Part shown: piece by piece, positions 53,783 to 56,527 of the stretch
How positions within the stretch are numbered: the stretch's first letter is position 1
How the letters are laid out: the number at the start of each line of letters is the position of its first letter
IMG/VR virus record: IMGVR_UViG_3300003888_000070
Span: 1-56,527 of that record
Direction: 5' to 3' (one strand)
DNA from: a virus
Lineage: Duplodnaviria; Caudoviricetes
DNA length: 56,527 nucleotides
Program-made: the position numbers and the translations under genes
The notes under the pieces: model-generated
What the model was told of the DNA's origin: nothing
The model's database searches: none
The model's input: only the letters and a program-made list of their open reading frames with translations

Positions 53783-53848
53783 ACGCTCCCCCTTCGCTAT
53801 CCCGCCCCGGCCGGCCCAAAAGCCACCGGCCGGGGCGGAAACTCCCTG

Positions 53849-54598
53849 CTAATGCACGGTGCCGCCCTTCCTGCCTTTAGGCGTGGCGGCTTTCTTGTCC
53901 CGTTCCTTGTCCCAACGTGCCCGGGCCGCTTTTGCGGCTTTGGCGGAGCGAGCTGCGGCATCGGCCGGACTGCCCAGACCGACAGCCAGGGCAGTTTGGA
54001 CGGCTGCCAGCGTCCGGCCGCGCACTTGGCCCACGTCCTCGGCGACCCGCCCGAGCATGTCGCTGCTGCTTTGGGCGATGTCCCTCAGCGCGCCGGCCAT
54101 GCTTCTGGAAAATGCGTCGGCGTCGCGGGTGAAGGCCAGGGTGTTGAGCACCACGGCCATGTCCTTGAAAAAAGCGACGTTGGCCCGGATGCGGGCTAGT
54201 TCGCCTTCCAGGATGAGCAATGGGCTTTCGGCGGGATGAGATTCGGCATGTGACGGCAAGGAACCGGAAACGGCAGCCTTGGCCCGGCGTTCGCAGTCGA
54301 TGAAATACCGCCGGGCCTGCCGTCCCTTGTCGGTTTTTTCGACCATAGCCAGCTCTTTGGCCATGTCGATGGACAGGTGGTAGTCGACTTGGTTCTGACC
54401 GCCACGGCCCTGTTTGCTACTCAGCTTTGAGTAGCAAAAGTCCTTGTCCGGTTCGAAGCCATACTCTTCAACGCGACGTGTGATCCAATCGTTAAACCTG
54501 GTTTCAACGGCCAGAAACGCGTGCAGATCACGGGCATTGATCGTCTGGACGACTTCGCCGGCCAGCTGGCCGGAGTGGATGGGGATGAGTCTGGTCAT
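53849..54598 (-). CDS. AntA/AntB-family antirepressor
   Basis: INARDLHAFL...FNDWI...DYHLSIDMAKELAMVE...ARRYFIDCE. Confidence 0.92.
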   Translation of the reverse strand: MTRLIPIHSGQLAGEVVQTINARDLHAFLAVETRFNDWITRRVEEYGFEPDKDFCYSKLSSKQGRGGQNQVDYHLSIDMAKELAMVEKTDKGRQARRYFIDCERRAKAAVSGSLPSHAESHPAESPLLILEGELARIRANVAFFKDMAVVLNTLAFTRDADAFSRSMAGALRDIAQSSSDMLGRVAEDVGQVRGRTLAAVQTALAVGLGSPADAAARSAKAAKAARARWDKERDKKAATPKGRKGGTVH

Positions 54599-54636
54599 GA
54601 TGCACCTCGTACTGTTGGGATTTGGGCACGAAAAAA

Positions 54637-54707
54637 GGCGACGGCATGACGCTCCCCTGCAGTACGCAGCCGGGGCCTCGCGGACACCCGGACGTCATGC
54701 CGCCGCC
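54637..54707 (-). ncRNA. C4-type antisense RNA
   Basis: 15-bp closing stem, GCGA-capped arm, CUGC-GUACU-GCAG arm, followed by U6; complementary CAGTACG sites at 54608-54614 and 54811-54817. Confidence 0.72.
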
Positions 54708-54828
54708 AATACGAGCCCTTCCCCAAAGGGGAGGCGCATGGGCGACGAAACAATAAATCCCGCTCTTTCGCTGCCCCCTGGGAAGGGACGGCGGTGGCGG
54801 CAGGACGCCACGTACTGTAGGGACCCCG

Positions 54829-54858
54829 ATAATGCCCGAGCCAGGCCGAGGGCGTCAA
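54829..54858 (-). promoter_or_regulatory. Putative sigma70 promoter for the c4/ant transcript
   Basis: TTGACG-18 nt-CATTAT on the minus strand. Confidence 0.4.
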
Positions 54859-54868
54859 GGACCCACCC

Positions 54869-54898
54869 TTGACAATACACACTCCAGTGCGCATTAAT
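54869..54898 (+). promoter_or_regulatory. Putative hicAB promoter (probably leaderless mRNA)
   Basis: TTGACA-18 nt-ATTAAT, 5 nt before the ATG; no SD sequence. Confidence 0.45.
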
Positions 54899-54903
54899 TC
54901 GCC

Positions 54904-55089
54904 ATGAACAGCGTGGAACTGATTCGGTTGCTCGAAGAGGCAGGGTTCAGACTGGTGAGCATTCGTGGCAGCCACCACAAATACCGCCATCCCGACGGCC
55001 GCGTCACCATAGTTCCACACCCGAAAAAGGACCTGGGGACGGGCTTGGTGCGTAAAATCTTGCGCAAGGACGCCAAGCTCATCGAATAG
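54904..55089 (+). CDS. hicA: HicA toxin
   Basis: LEEAGF...RGSHHKYRHPDGRVTIVPHP. Confidence 0.92.
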   Translation: MNSVELIRLLEEAGFRLVSIRGSHHKYRHPDGRVTIVPHPKKDLGTGLVRKILRKDAKLIE

Positions 55090-55098
55090 GAGGCAATC

Positions 55099-55485
55099 AT
55101 GTATTTTCCCGCCGCCGTCTTCATTGAGGAAGGCAAGGCCTACGGAGTGACCCTGCCGGACATCCCCGGCTGCAACACCGCCGGCGACACCCTGGAAGAA
55201 GCTCTTGCCAACACCCAGGAAGCTGTCGAACTCATTCTTGAAGACGCTTCCGAGAAGCCGGCTCCCAGCAGCCTGGAGCACTACAAGGACGATCCGGTTT
55301 ACAAGGACGCCGTGTGGGCCTTGGTCAATGTGGATCTCGGGTTCATGGATGAGCGCACGGTCCGGGTGAACATCACGGTTCCCGCCGGAACACTTGAGGA
55401 AATCGACCGCGCCGCCAAAGGACGCGGCCTCAACCGCTCCGCTTTCCTGGTCCGCGCCGCCCGGCGTGAAATGGCCTGCCAATAG
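55099..55485 (+). CDS. hicB: HicB antitoxin with C-terminal RHH
   Basis: YGVTLPDIPGCNTAGDTLEEA; RVNITVP...NRSAFL. Confidence 0.92.
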   Translation: MYFPAAVFIEEGKAYGVTLPDIPGCNTAGDTLEEALANTQEAVELILEDASEKPAPSSLEHYKDDPVYKDAVWALVNVDLGFMDERTVRVNITVPAGTLEEIDRAAKGRGLNRSAFLVRAARREMACQ

Positions 55486-55563
55486 CCGATATGCCATCCC
55501 CAACAGGACACTCGTTGCCGACTCGACAAATCGGGTGCAGGCCGTAGCGCCAGGGCCAAAACG

Positions 55564-55905
55564 ATGAACGCCATGACTTACAAGGGCTTCACCGGATATT
55601 TTGATTTCATTCCCGGCGACGATGAATTCCACGGCCAGGTGATAGGCACCCGGGATGTGATTCATTTCTCCGGCCGCTCGGTCGAAGAACTGCGGCAAGC
55701 CCTGGCCGATTCCGTGGAGGATTATCTGGGCTTGTGCGCCCAGGCAGGCAGACCCCCTGAAACGCCCTGCTCCGGGCAATTCCGGCTGCGTCTGTCTCCG
55801 GAAATCCATCGACTTCTGGCCGTCGCCGCCAAGGCCAAAGGCAAAAGCCTCAACGAATTCGTGGTCGATGCAGCCGAAAGGGCGGCGCGGGATGCCGTGC
55901 TGTGA
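55564..55905 (+). CDS. hicB: Second, orphan HicB-family protein
   Basis: MTYKGF...SVEDYL...SGQFRLRLSPEIH...SLNEFV. Confidence 0.85.
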   Translation: MNAMTYKGFTGYFDFIPGDDEFHGQVIGTRDVIHFSGRSVEELRQALADSVEDYLGLCAQAGRPPETPCSGQFRLRLSPEIHRLLAVAAKAKGKSLNEFVVDAAERAARDAVL

Positions 55906-55936
55906 TTTTTGGCGGGTTCTCCTGTAGGGTATCCAC

Positions 55937-56173
55937 ATGGACACCGTGACCATCCCCTTCGAAGTCGCCGAACTGCACCTTGACGGGGCCAGTCTCATCC
56001 AGGCATGGCGCGAATACCTGGGGCTGAGCCAGGATGAAGTCGCCCAGCGGCTGAGAGTCCCCGTCTCGGCCTTTGCCCAGATGGAAGCCCCTGATGCGCT
56101 TTCCGATGTGGCGAACCTCTTAAAAATCGCAGAAGCCTTAGGCGTGGAGTGGCAACAGCTGCAGGTCGAATAA
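55937..56173 (+). CDS. XRE HTH protein (antitoxin-like)
   Basis: AWREYLGLSQDEVAQRL HTH. Confidence 0.75.
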   Translation: MDTVTIPFEVAELHLDGASLIQAWREYLGLSQDEVAQRLRVPVSAFAQMEAPDALSDVANLLKIAEALGVEWQQLQVE

Positions 56174-56194
56174 GCGTGCTGGCGGGGGCAACCT

Positions 56195-56527
56195 ATGTTG
56201 GAAATCACAAAAACCTTCCGCGCTGACGGATTCGTAGTGGTCAGTGTCGTAGTTCCAGCAGATCGGGTCGACGACGTAGTGCGCGCAATCGAAGAAGCTT
56301 TAGAGCCGAACATTCCGGCCGAAGAGGTTTTTGCCGACTCGACGCCGGGGAAAGTTCTTTCCGGTGCACGGGGATTGCGGGAAATGACCCAGGCCCAGCT
56401 CGCCTCCGCAGTCGGTGTGCACAAGTCCCATATTTCCGAGATGGAACGCGGCAAGCGCCCAATTGGCAAGGAAATGGCCAAGCGACTGGGGAAAGCCCTG
56501 AACATGAACTGGCGGATTTTTCTGTAG
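56195..56527 (+). CDS. XRE HTH protein (HigA-like)
   Basis: MTQAQLASAVGVHKSHISEMERGKRPIG. Confidence 0.8.
   Translation: MLEITKTFRADGFVVVSVVVPADRVDDVVRAIEEALEPNIPAEEVFADSTPGKVLSGARGLREMTQAQLASAVGVHKSHISEMERGKRPIGKEMAKRLGKALNMNWRIFL

Larger units (their letters stand above)
1..56527. mobile_element. Temperate phage / prophage region (podovirus-like, N4-gp56-type capsid); ends not visible in the window
   Basis: Immunity switch, replication, terminase, portal, capsid, lysis and tail genes are all present; no host housekeeping genes recognised. Confidence 0.93.

Noticed and set aside
53802-53838. 13-bp perfect hairpin between ant and dnaB as an intrinsic terminator
   Set aside because: No U-tract on the coding strand; may be a processing or stability stem but function is unsupported
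54595-56505. 636-aa minus-strand ORF
   Set aside because: Overlaps hicA, hicB and HTH genes that have clear signatures on the plus strand

Overview
The whole window reads as a GC-rich temperate phage/prophage of podovirus type; no host housekeeping genes, att site or full-length integrase are visible. From left to right: small early genes with a cII/cro/cI immunity switch (1-3.7 kb); an AT-rich defence island (about 4.0-15.7 kb) with an SspABCD-type DNA phosphorothioation module facing a helicase + MORC/GHKL ATPase + PLD operon; then a long leftward block with a 3676-aa polyvalent protein, tail and head genes (N4-gp56-like capsid, portal), a lysis cassette containing a patatin, terminase, a small tyrosine recombinase, replication initiator, DnaB, and an antirepressor preceded by a C4-type antisense RNA; hicAB and HTH genes end the window. 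The strongest candidate for a novel system is a stand-alone Cas7/RAMP-like gene (16923-17573) with no CRISPR array or other cas genes. Its stop codon is followed directly by a non-coding tract of eight period-5 units (NGY + variable dinucleotide) ending in a hairpin. This is the layout expected of a phage RNA-guided system with a gapped guide code (VIPR-like). All calls come from reading motifs by eye; no database search was run.
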